A stretch of 64,000 bases of DNA, taken from NCBI GenBank assembly GCA_963848305.1, contig CAWKDC010000001.1:1056001-1120000 (forward strand). The letters run 5' to 3'. Under the pieces are notes generated by a model. That model was not told the origin of the DNA. It saw only the letters and a program-made list of their open reading frames with translations, and ran no database searches. The stretch comes from an uncultured Gammaproteobacteria bacterium. GTDB lineage: Bacteria; Pseudomonadota; Gammaproteobacteria; JABCZS01. Positions within the stretch are counted from its first letter, which is position 1, and each line of letters starts with the position of its first letter. Shown in pieces: positions 10,671-19,341 of this stretch. Made by a program: the position numbers and the translations under genes.

Positions 10671-11645
10671 ATGTCCATTTACCTCAAACCCCACCTTTCA
10701 TTTCAAGACCAACTTAATCTACTGAAATCGCGCGGGCTCATCATCACTGATGAGACACTTGCTTTGGCTCACCTTAATCGCTTGGGTTACTATCGCTTGA
10801 GTGGATATTGGTACCCCTGTCGTCAGTTAATCCCAGCTTCTGACCCTAAACGAGGGCACGCTCGTCCTCAAAGATATGATGAATTTATGCCTCAAGCAAG
10901 ATTCCAAGACGCTGTGGCGTTATACGTTTTTGATAAAAAATTAAGACTACATGTCCTAGATGCTATCGAGCGTATAGAGGTAGCTGTCCGCGTGGACATT
11001 GCATACCTAATGGGTAAAAAAGATACATTTGCTTATACTAAACCTGAGTTACTACATGGCCATTTCACAAAAAAGGTTAACCCTAAAACAGGCAAAACCA
11101 AGCATGAAGAGTGGTTGTTGAAACATGAGTTTATGATCAGTCGCTCTAAAGAAGATTTTGTTGAACATTTTAAAAATAAGTATGAATTACCTTTACCGAT
11201 ATGGGTTGCAATCGAATTATGGGATTTTGGTCTTTTATCGATGTTTTATCACGGTATGACCGTTGCAGATAAAACAACGATCGCCAAAAAATATAACGTG
11301 GCTGATTGGCAAGTCATGGAAAGCTGGCTGCGTTGCATAAACTACGCAAGAAATGTTGCCGCACACCATAATAGATTATGGAACCGGAATTTAATTGATC
11401 AACCTAAGATCCCAAAAAAAGGAAAGATGCCTGCGTTCGATTCATTCATTGGGCACACTGAAGCCACATCACGGATATACATCCTTTTGTGTATCTTGGC
11501 ACATTTTATGCAGCAAATTTGTCCTCGTTCTTCCTGGGCAACGAGAGTGAAGACTTTGATCGCCTCTTTCCCAAATACGGAATATTTTGATATTGTACAC
11601 ATGGGCTTTCCACCAGATTGGATGGATCATTCATTTTGGAAGTAG
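10671..11645 (+). CDS. Abi family (AbiD/AbiF, Abi_2) HEPN protein
   Basis: KP.LS..DQL.LLKSRGL, GYYRLSGYW, LY.FDKKLR, IERIEVA.R, PIWVAIELWDFG, RNVAAH HEPN motif. Confidence 0.92.
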   Translation: MSIYLKPHLSFQDQLNLLKSRGLIITDETLALAHLNRLGYYRLSGYWYPCRQLIPASDPKRGHARPQRYDEFMPQARFQDAVALYVFDKKLRLHVLDAIERIEVAVRVDIAYLMGKKDTFAYTKPELLHGHFTKKVNPKTGKTKHEEWLLKHEFMISRSKEDFVEHFKNKYELPLPIWVAIELWDFGLLSMFYHGMTVADKTTIAKKYNVADWQVMESWLRCINYARNVAAHHNRLWNRNLIDQPKIPKKGKMPAFDSFIGHTEATSRIYILLCILAHFMQQICPRSSWATRVKTLIASFPNTEYFDIVHMGFPPDWMDHSFWK

Positions 11646-11799
11646 TCATTTCTATCCGGTATGCTCCGCCTATCTCTAAATCACCAGTGTCAATTTTTTC
11701 ATGTATCCGAACATCATAGTACACACTGTCCAAAGCCCTCCCCCCAACGACCTCAAATCAAGCCTACCTACCATTGAATTAAAGCTACAAAAGCCTAAC

Positions 11800-11910
11800 T
11801 CCATGGGAGGCATATAACGCTGTGAATGAAATATAACCACACTTAATTTAATTCGAATAGCCAGGGCTCTTAAAGTAGAGGTTGGCGATCTGTTGGAAAC
11901 AATATTTTAG
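11800..11910 (+). pseudogene. XRE-family HTH regulator remnant
   Basis: Reads SMGGI*RCE*NITTLNLIRIARALKVEVGDLL, i.e. the YMGGIERGERN..L.NL..IA.AL consensus with two in-frame stops. Confidence 0.75.
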
Positions 11911-11961
11911 GGTATACTTGCGATCATTTAGTGACGTATTTTGCTGTTGATAGTGGGTTAT

Positions 11962-12900
11962 ATGAAATATAAGCTAGATTTGTATAAATATAAGCCTGCC
12001 TTGGGGAAAACCCTCGGTGGTCACACGAAAGGACGCCAACACTTAGATGCTTTTTTAAAGCAAAAACTTTGGATGACCCCATTATACAAACTGAACGATC
12101 CTTTTGAAGGGTGTTTTCATATGTCAATTCCAAAACGAGTAACTTTGATTAAGTATCCTGCTCTTCTTCGTGAACTTCTAATTAAAACTGGTCATAGAGG
12201 AATTGATGAGCTTAACAATGAGGAGATGATCAAAAAAATTCCAGGCCTACGTAAAAAGATAAAATTAGATGGAAGTCATCAAATGAATAACAAATTCGAC
12301 AATTTTGGTGCTTTTTCATTTGCTCACTCTTACTCAAATATTCCTATGTGGTCACATTATTCGAACGATCATCAAGGATATTGTGTGGTTTTTGAAGCTG
12401 AGCTCGACTATCCTTTTGAGCAGATGAAGCTCACTGAAGCACAAAAAGATAAATATAATAAACTCTTCCTAAATGGAGACGAGATCATTCAATTCAAATC
12501 GAACGATGGAGATTTCGTTTTTGCCTTCGCGAAGATAAAATATAGGAAAACAGTACCCATAATTAATTTCGAAGAAAATCTAAAATTGAGAAATGGGGAT
12601 GATTACGTAAAAATGCGTTTTGCTCTTGAAAACGCTTTTGGCGTCAAATCACGTCAGTGGTCTAATGAAAATGAATACAGGCTTATTGTTAATGCAAACA
12701 GTGAAAAGCATGCCGATAATAAATCCATAGATATGAAGTTATACATTCCTTTCCTGCAGGTGACCGGTATTATTCTTGGTGAACAAATGATTGAAGATGA
12801 TAAAGAGATCATTACGAAAGCATGTCGAGATCAAGGGGTCAGAGTTTATCAAGCTAAGCACTCAGCTCAATTATACGCTGTCGAGTTAGACCCTATTTAA
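11962..12900 (+). CDS. DUF2971-domain protein
   Basis: LNDPFEG, MWSHYSNDHQGYCVVF, KS.QW..E.EYRLI motifs; AT-rich. Confidence 0.85.
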   Translation: MKYKLDLYKYKPALGKTLGGHTKGRQHLDAFLKQKLWMTPLYKLNDPFEGCFHMSIPKRVTLIKYPALLRELLIKTGHRGIDELNNEEMIKKIPGLRKKIKLDGSHQMNNKFDNFGAFSFAHSYSNIPMWSHYSNDHQGYCVVFEAELDYPFEQMKLTEAQKDKYNKLFLNGDEIIQFKSNDGDFVFAFAKIKYRKTVPIINFEENLKLRNGDDYVKMRFALENAFGVKSRQWSNENEYRLIVNANSEKHADNKSIDMKLYIPFLQVTGIILGEQMIEDDKEIITKACRDQGVRVYQAKHSAQLYAVELDPI

Positions 12901-13050
12901 ACACTTGGTAACATGCGCTCTATTATCGAGTGCCCGATAAAAAACATCAACGCTTTCCCATCTTTCATACTATTGCCCTACTAAATAACCAGAGCGTTTC
13001 TACAAGCTATCTTATTGCGCTTTATCTATTTGATTTAAATTAACCTTTTT

Positions 13051-13321
13051 GCTGGCCCACTAGGACTTGAACCTAGCGACCAAAGGGTGGTGAGATCAAA
13101 AAATAACGATTCTTGCAAATTCTACATCACTTCTATTATAGATGAACTGGAGGTCACTTGCGGCACAAGCTGTATCGCAAATGATGAATACACATAGGCG
13201 GGTCTAACGCCCCTTTAAAAAGGTTTTGTTACATAAAAATCGAATATTCTTCAGCCTCGTCAGAGGCGTTAGATGCAGAGCCCCATATGCAGGCGGCGGA
13301 ATGGAGGTATTCGGTATGATT
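13051..13321. repeat. Direct repeat R2 containing a copy of the tRNA-Ile 3' half (att-like)
   Basis: Near-identical to 10138-10419 with only a handful of differences. Confidence 0.95.
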
Positions 13322-13394
13322 TCTCAGCAAACCATCAAAAATGGCTGGTCGGAGGCAGTTTTGGGCATGCAAATTGAAACCCGTCTTTATGGAC

Positions 13395-14108
13395 TTAAGG
13401 CTCATCAGGTAAGTCGTTATCGATTTTCTCAGCATAGGCAACAAGATCCTGAGTAATCTGCGGATCAAATGGCTTCCTGTTAGCACATTCAAGCTGCTTC
13501 TCGTATCTTTTTCCCGTCCATGATGTACTGTAAACAAATCCCGAGGCATCACTTCCTTCTGCCCCCCTTGTAGTAGGTTTCCCGTTTATATCATAGGTAG
13601 TATAACTTGGATCATAAATAGATTGTGCATTATATGAGGGCATATCAAACACAACCAATCGACACGTCCCGAAATGGTCATCTAAGAAGTAGGCTGTTAC
13701 ACCAGTCCAATATCCATCATCAAGACCACCACTCGGCACAAAACCCAATAAATGTTCACTATCCACAGATGATATACCTTTGAAAGGGAATGTCATTTGA
13801 AACTCAGAAGGGCTCATCCTTAAGTGTCTAAAATAAGGATCACTGTCTTTTTCTGTGAGTGCAGTAGCCTTTTTGCTCTTTAATGTCAGCAACGTTGCCG
13901 CATTTTCGGAGTAAGTATGATAATACCCATTATTCTTAATTTGACGCCTTATCTCTTCACCTTCCTCTATTTGGCTATATGTTTGTTCTTCCATTATTGT
14001 TGGCTGGTCAGTTGAGCGCACGACGTAGCTTTCATAAGCCATAGAACTTAACGAACATATTGCAGATAACGTCAATGTTAAAAATTGAATTGAATATGCT
14101 TTTGTCAT
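13395..14108 (-). CDS. Secreted hypothetical protein
   Basis: Signal peptide, GAGGAG RBS, operonic with 14120..14494. Confidence 0.75.
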   Translation of the reverse strand: MTKAYSIQFLTLTLSAICSLSSMAYESYVVRSTDQPTIMEEQTYSQIEEGEEIRRQIKNNGYYHTYSENAATLLTLKSKKATALTEKDSDPYFRHLRMSPSEFQMTFPFKGISSVDSEHLLGFVPSGGLDDGYWTGVTAYFLDDHFGTCRLVVFDMPSYNAQSIYDPSYTTYDINGKPTTRGAEGSDASGFVYSTSWTGKRYEKQLECANRKPFDPQITQDLVAYAEKIDNDLPDEP

Positions 14109-14119
14109 CAAAAACTCCT

Positions 14120-14494
14120 CTAAGGTTCCCAGTCCCACCAACCATCATACATACTACAATCCGTAGAGTAACTATTACGAACCCAAATTATTTTATTTGA
14201 ACTGTCCTCAAATAAATAATGTTCTCCACGAACAGTCCACCCTCCCGTACCTTCACCCCAATGGACTGCTGCTGAGCGATGCGTGTTTGCTATTCCTGAT
14301 CCAAACTTATGCGATGCTCCAGTTTTAGAAGTATGAGTACTATTAGTTCCCAGACGATGAGGCTTTAAAGCATCCCAAGAAATCGACTCATTATTACCAC
14401 AATTAGCGCGGCTATGGGTAGTCAACCCATTAAACCCGGCTTGCAATACGCTGGAGAAAATAAGGAAAGAAATGAAGATGATTGTTTTTTTCAT
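14120..14494 (-). CDS. Small secreted hypothetical protein
   Basis: Signal peptide MKKTIIFISFLIFSSVLQA; HSRANC.NNESISW ... DCSMYDGWW. Confidence 0.75.
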   Translation of the reverse strand: MKKTIIFISFLIFSSVLQAGFNGLTTHSRANCGNNESISWDALKPHRLGTNSTHTSKTGASHKFGSGIANTHRSAAVHWGEGTGGWTVRGEHYLFEDSSNKIIWVRNSYSTDCSMYDGWWDWEP

Positions 14495-14586
14495 ATGTTC
14501 CGGTACTCAAAGCGACAACATCCCATCAACTCTTCTACATGGAAAACTGATTTTCCAGAATAAGCAAAAAATATCAATTAAATCAA

Positions 14587-14660
14587 TGGGCCCACTAGGA
14601 CTTGAACCTAGGACCAAAGGATTATGAGTCCTCTGCTCTAACCAACTGAGCTATGAGCCC
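14587..14660 (-). tRNA. tRNA-Ile2 (anticodon CAT), CCA not encoded
   Basis: GGGCTCATAGCTCAGTTGGTTAGAGCAGAGGACTCATAATCCTTTGGTCCTAGGTTCAAGTCCTAGTGGGCCCA folds as a cloverleaf. Downstream of rpoD like E. coli ileX; Ile versus Met identity is inferred. Confidence 0.93.
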
Positions 14661-14773
14661 GAAGCGGGCATTGTAGCATAGACAAAACGATATTGACACT
14701 CAAAAAAGCACAATGTAAGCTGACTAAAGTTTAATGAAAGAAGATTGCATTCACCCCTACAATTTTGGCTCCA

Positions 14774-15598
14774 TTATTCCATGGGGCTCTTCACTTTCAC
14801 CTTAGTTTGAGAAGCCTTTGTTGGACTCGCATATGTCCCGCCTTTTTTACTGTTATATGAGTGTGTCATTTTTTCCTTCACAGGGGTACCAGGTTTCGAA
14901 GAGGTGGATTCGAAAGCCGGACTGTAATGCTCGGTACGTTTTTGCCCATCGCGGACAAGTTTCAAATGTCGCGTCGCATTTTCATTGATCCTGATTTCCG
15001 TTGGAGATTGACTATCATCAACAAAATCTAAAATCACAAGTTCAACGTTTAACATCTTTGCCAATGCATCAATCACTGGTCCTTCAGCCCACTCCTTATC
15101 CTTTTGCATTTTTGCGCAAAAATCATCCAACGTACCCAGTTCTTCATCTGGGCCAAAGCCAACATGGAGCGATTTATCTTTCCTCAAGTAATCAACAGCC
15201 TCGCTTCTCAACTGTGCTGCCGTTTTCTTGGGGAAACGATAATGTTCTAAAAGCATGCTGACAGAAGAAAAGAAACAATTACCATCGCCGGGAACTTCTC
15301 CCTTGATATAACCTTGCTCCGGATGACTACTCTCCTCACTTGTATTGACCCTGGCTTTAACTGTTTTTAACTCATGAACAGTAAAATACAATTTTTCAAA
15401 ATGTTCCAAGAGATCTAATGCTTCTGCTAAATGCACATCGACTGATGCAATTGAACAGATTTTCTTATTTCTCCATGTTATTTCTTCTACGGATTTCAAA
15501 GTTGCATCTTTAAAAATCTCAAGATGCGTTTTTAATCGAACGTGTTCTCTCTCAATCAGATTGTGTAATGTGATGACACATGGAGTAGATTTTTTCAA
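14774..15598 (-). CDS. OTU-family cysteine protease/deubiquitinase domain (probable C-terminal part of a large gene)
   Basis: VPGDGNCFFSSV, LRSEAVDYL, WAEGPVIDALAKML, EHYSP. TTG start without RBS; frame stays open up to ~15649. Confidence 0.85.
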   Translation of the reverse strand: MKKSTPCVITLHNLIEREHVRLKTHLEIFKDATLKSVEEITWRNKKICSIASVDVHLAEALDLLEHFEKLYFTVHELKTVKARVNTSEESSHPEQGYIKGEVPGDGNCFFSSVSMLLEHYRFPKKTAAQLRSEAVDYLRKDKSLHVGFGPDEELGTLDDFCAKMQKDKEWAEGPVIDALAKMLNVELVILDFVDDSQSPTEIRINENATRHLKLVRDGQKRTEHYSPAFESTSSKPGTPVKEKMTHSYNSKKGGTYASPTKASQTKVKVKSPME

Positions 15599-15599
15599 T

Positions 15600-17399
15600 T
15601 CAGCGATGACCTTGGATTTGGTCCGAAAAAGCCTCTTTGTAGTAAATTTTTAGCTCGGGGTACATGGGCAACAGCCATTCTATAAAGAATCTCAATAATG
15701 TTGCATGATCATCCAATGCATCTAATTTTTTGACCAATGCAAGATCTGCTTCAACAACGTCCAATGCTCCGTTAGCATGAGCTTCATAAGCTCTTTTCAT
15801 CAAATCTCGATCAGGGAGTTTCTGTTTATCAGCAGCTGCAGCTTTAGATAATTTCGCGGCGGATCGACTCAATAAAGCTTTGGCATAATTTGTGGCAAGC
15901 GTTCGTTCACCAGGTGACGCCATGGCAGTCGTTACATCTCGCAAATTATTCATGAGTGTGAGCCAGTTATTTTGGTGTGCATTTATGTTTTGCTTGATGG
16001 TTGTAGCAAATCCAAAATCGTAATTTCCCCCAGCGTTTTGATCATCTTTAACACGATTTACCTCATTCTCCATATCCGTATGAATACCCTTAACGGCATC
16101 TTCACAACCACTGAGACTATCACCTATAGCAGGTTGATCAAGATAAGGTCTGAGCATTTCTCGCCCAATCGTTCTCATATGATGGGCATCATGAAAGCGA
16201 ATTTCAGAAGCGCGTAGATTATGCACAAACAAACCAGCGAAAATGTGATAACCAGGATTAGGAAACTGTGCTGCGAGTGAATCAGGCAATGCGTGCGACG
16301 CATGAAATCGATTTGTTGTATTATCTGGGCCTGCAAGCCCACTGATATAATCAGCCAAGACAAGACTTAATACATTTAATCCAGTTGCATGTGCCTGAGT
16401 GGCATTTGCATCTTCTGAGTGAGCTTCTGATTCAGCAGAAGAAGGCCATTGTTTTACATAAAGCGCGACAACAACATCTCGCAATGCGGATTCGTAGTTC
16501 TCAAACAATTTTTCCCAAAATACTTTATTGGTCTGGCATTGCAAGATAAAGTCTTTAAGTTCATTGCCTTTTGTTTGAATTAAATTTAACTGCTCATGTT
16601 GCAATTTTCTAGCGGGGACGTGAGATACGGCATGGCCATATAAAAACGTATGATTATTCATCACAAAGTTAATCAGACCTTTCGACCCTGTAGCCCATAC
16701 AAACGGATTGACATATCGCTTCTTATTTATTTTAGGATCCAAAAAACGCGAATAGGCAGCTATTGAATTGATGCTGGTTTCATATCCATAGCTACCATCT
16801 TCCCGATGCGCAGTTCTCAAAATGGTTGCAAGCATATTTGCTTCATTTTTTTCTGTTAAAGTATTTGAGCCTGCTAATGTATCGCTTGATGCATCCACCG
16901 TTAAAACTGCATAAAACCGTTGATAATATTCAATCAATTTTCTGCGAGCAGCATCATCATTTGGATTTAACTGTTGTCCTAGTTCTTGCTCAGAGTACAG
17001 ATGACTGAACAACAATAAATGTTTAAATTCTTGTGTATATGTATCAGTGAACAATGTTTCATGTCGTCGCGCGATTTCTTCTAGCCCTGTTTGGATAGCA
17101 TTTAATTTATCATATATCGCTGCGAAACCTTTATTGATGTCATTTTTTAATTCATGAATTGCTTCACTGAGTAGTTTATGACTTTCCATAATCAGCGAAC
17201 GCAACTCTTCAACTTTTACGTCGAGATGCGCAGCAAGACCTTCGATATATTTTTCAATCCGATCAAATCGTTTGTCCATATGGAAAGTTAATCTTTCCAA
17301 TTGTCGCAATATAATTTCATCAGGAGTAGCTCTGCCGCCCTTTGCATAAGGCAGCAATGCCCATAACGAGTGTGGCCATAGCACCAGCGAGCGCGACAT
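15600..17399 (-). CDS. Helical/coiled-coil middle part of a probable large toxin/effector
   Basis: TPDEIILRQLERL..MDKRFDRIE heptad region; overlaps the upstream ORF by a one-base shift near 17340. Confidence 0.65.
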   Translation of the reverse strand: MSRSLVLWPHSLWALLPYAKGGRATPDEIILRQLERLTFHMDKRFDRIEKYIEGLAAHLDVKVEELRSLIMESHKLLSEAIHELKNDINKGFAAIYDKLNAIQTGLEEIARRHETLFTDTYTQEFKHLLLFSHLYSEQELGQQLNPNDDAARRKLIEYYQRFYAVLTVDASSDTLAGSNTLTEKNEANMLATILRTAHREDGSYGYETSINSIAAYSRFLDPKINKKRYVNPFVWATGSKGLINFVMNNHTFLYGHAVSHVPARKLQHEQLNLIQTKGNELKDFILQCQTNKVFWEKLFENYESALRDVVVALYVKQWPSSAESEAHSEDANATQAHATGLNVLSLVLADYISGLAGPDNTTNRFHASHALPDSLAAQFPNPGYHIFAGLFVHNLRASEIRFHDAHHMRTIGREMLRPYLDQPAIGDSLSGCEDAVKGIHTDMENEVNRVKDDQNAGGNYDFGFATTIKQNINAHQNNWLTLMNNLRDVTTAMASPGERTLATNYAKALLSRSAAKLSKAAAADKQKLPDRDLMKRAYEAHANGALDVVEADLALVKKLDALDDHATLLRFFIEWLLPMYPELKIYYKEAFSDQIQGHR

Positions 17400-18966
17400 A
17401 AGGTGCGGCAGGCCCAGAGACCGCTACAATTGTGCCCCAGGTACATAAAGTGGCCGCAATACTTAATGCAGGCACAGCGATACTTGTGATGATCGCACCC
17501 ACATCTGATTTACCACATGCAGTGCATAAGACACCAATAAACTGCGCAGCTGATTGCGCAACCATAAGCGTTCTTCCTAGGGATAAATTTTCTTTTCTTA
17601 ATGATGACTGATCATCTGAATGATTGTATTCCGATAAGCTAGGTTTTTTTGATAAACCATCACCATCAATGACAATGTTTTCAGCGCCAGCAGAAGCAAC
17701 CCCATTAAATACCTTGCTCCATGTTTGAGGCGCGTCATCTTCCTTCATCATCGTTGAAATAGGTGAAAAGCTTTCTGAGGCATATTCGAGCTGTTGATCA
17801 AGCAGTGACACCTTGTTTGGTACTTCTTGAAATATTTTTCCTGTACCATAATTGAAGGCTGATAAGGGTTGTGACGTATCCCCGATACCCGTTTTGCTGA
17901 ATATGCTATTTAAATCATTCATGCTATCTGCGGCTGTTTGATAACACGCAGCGGCATTCAAGAATGGTTCTGCAAGTTCTGACAACTTAGCGTCATCAAA
18001 CCCCAAAGAACCCGAAGACAATCCGACGCAATGGGCAATGTTGACATGATCTTTGGCAAGGTCAGATAGTAAGCATGCGCCATGCTTTGTAAATTCTTGT
18101 AGATTATCGAGATTAATTTGTGATTTCGGCGCCTTCAACTCTGCCATACCTATACTCATCATATTCGATAAATGTGTCAGTGGCGATTTTCCATCAATGC
18201 CGATTTTCAACGCTTCATTTTTAAGTTGATCCCCCAGCGGCCCATTCACAGCATTCGCCATTGAAAATGCTTTATCGCGCATCATTTGCAAATAATCCAT
18301 TTTGTCACTGCTTAACAAATGAAGTGACCCAAGCACTTGAGGAAAAACCATTGGGTCTTCAAATTCATATGGTTGGGGATGTGGAATTTTATATTTTTTA
18401 TAAAATGATTCTGGGAAGTCACCTTTTTTCAAACAATCTTGAATTTCAGTGTAACGAACATGTATACCTGTATATTTTATATGATCTCTTTTTTCAGCAT
18501 GAGATGCTTTTCCCTGTAGAAAATTGTCATCCCACTGATCTTTTTTAATAAAACCGGCGACTTCTTTCATCGACACAGGGCTGTTAGCTGCCAAAGAGAT
18601 CGCTGCTGCCTGCCTTGCAGGCGACATTTTTGTAAATCGATCTCCGCCTAATTGTGTCGCTGCAATGATTGCCGCTTCATGAATAACATAATTTTCGAGA
18701 CGTTGTGCTTGAGCAGGCGTGAGTGTTTCACTCGATGTTTTGAGCGCTTGAACCTTATGAGGAATGCCACACGCTTTCAATACTCGAGCGGCATCCTTTC
18801 TATCTAAATTAAAACCGGTGGAAATGGTAGGATGTTTATCACCAGGATTATAAGCTTTTAACTTTCTTCCTTCATGTGCACGCAGAACAGATTTCACGAA
18901 ATCAAAATCTTTAATCAGTACAGGCCCTTGATATTGATAGTGTGTGTGAAATTTTCCATGCGGCAT
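17320..18966 (-). CDS. N-terminal part: GH24/pesticin-like lysozyme domain plus hydrophobic hairpin
   Basis: LRAHEGRKLKAYNP....PTISTGFNL and SPARQAAAISLAAN resemble the T4-lysozyme fold; two hydrophobic helices at the end; GAGGGG RBS. Confidence 0.7.
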   Translation of the reverse strand: MPHGKFHTHYQYQGPVLIKDFDFVKSVLRAHEGRKLKAYNPGDKHPTISTGFNLDRKDAARVLKACGIPHKVQALKTSSETLTPAQAQRLENYVIHEAAIIAATQLGGDRFTKMSPARQAAAISLAANSPVSMKEVAGFIKKDQWDDNFLQGKASHAEKRDHIKYTGIHVRYTEIQDCLKKGDFPESFYKKYKIPHPQPYEFEDPMVFPQVLGSLHLLSSDKMDYLQMMRDKAFSMANAVNGPLGDQLKNEALKIGIDGKSPLTHLSNMMSIGMAELKAPKSQINLDNLQEFTKHGACLLSDLAKDHVNIAHCVGLSSGSLGFDDAKLSELAEPFLNAAACYQTAADSMNDLNSIFSKTGIGDTSQPLSAFNYGTGKIFQEVPNKVSLLDQQLEYASESFSPISTMMKEDDAPQTWSKVFNGVASAGAENIVIDGDGLSKKPSLSEYNHSDDQSSLRKENLSLGRTLMVAQSAAQFIGVLCTACGKSDVGAIITSIAVPALSIAATLCTWGTIVAVSGPAAPYVALAGAMATLVMGIAALCKGRQSYS

Positions 18967-19234
18967 ATCTATTCCCCCTCCTCGATGATATTCGCCGAGA
19001 ACTCTATCACAGTTTGAAAATGAATGTCACGTGTTGAAAGTGAAGCACCCATTGTTCAATATCTGAGGACGCATAGCAGTTTATCCCCGCGAAAGCGGGA
19101 ACGCCCCTACACAAGCGTGGCCATATTTTTATCACGCGGGCGAGAACGATATGCCATCGCGCCGCTACCGATCGTCAGCAGGGAATAGGTGAATGCCATG
19201 GTTAGTGTTTTACCGAGATCTTGATTCTCACCAT

Positions 19235-19341
19235 GATGGGTGTCACCCATCCAAGCGTTTTCCGGGATGACAGCTGGATGGGTGGAACCCATCCAAGCAT
19301 TTTCCCAGATCACAGCTGGATGGGTGGCGCCCATCCAAGCA
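19235..19341. repeat. Three 42-bp tandem palindromic units
   Basis: GATGGGTG-NNN-CCCATCCAAGC at 19235, 19277 and 19319, directly after the rpoD stop. Confidence 0.9.

Noticed and set aside
13202-13274. Integron attC site (GTCTAAC...GTTAGAT, 73 bp; also 10288-10360)
   Set aside because: R boxes fit but there are no complementary L boxes, no integrase, cargo is not positioned as in cassettes, and the split copy is not broken at G|TT.
19235-19341. Mini CRISPR array
   Set aside because: Inter-hairpin segments are short and similar to each other, not unique spacers; no cas genes.
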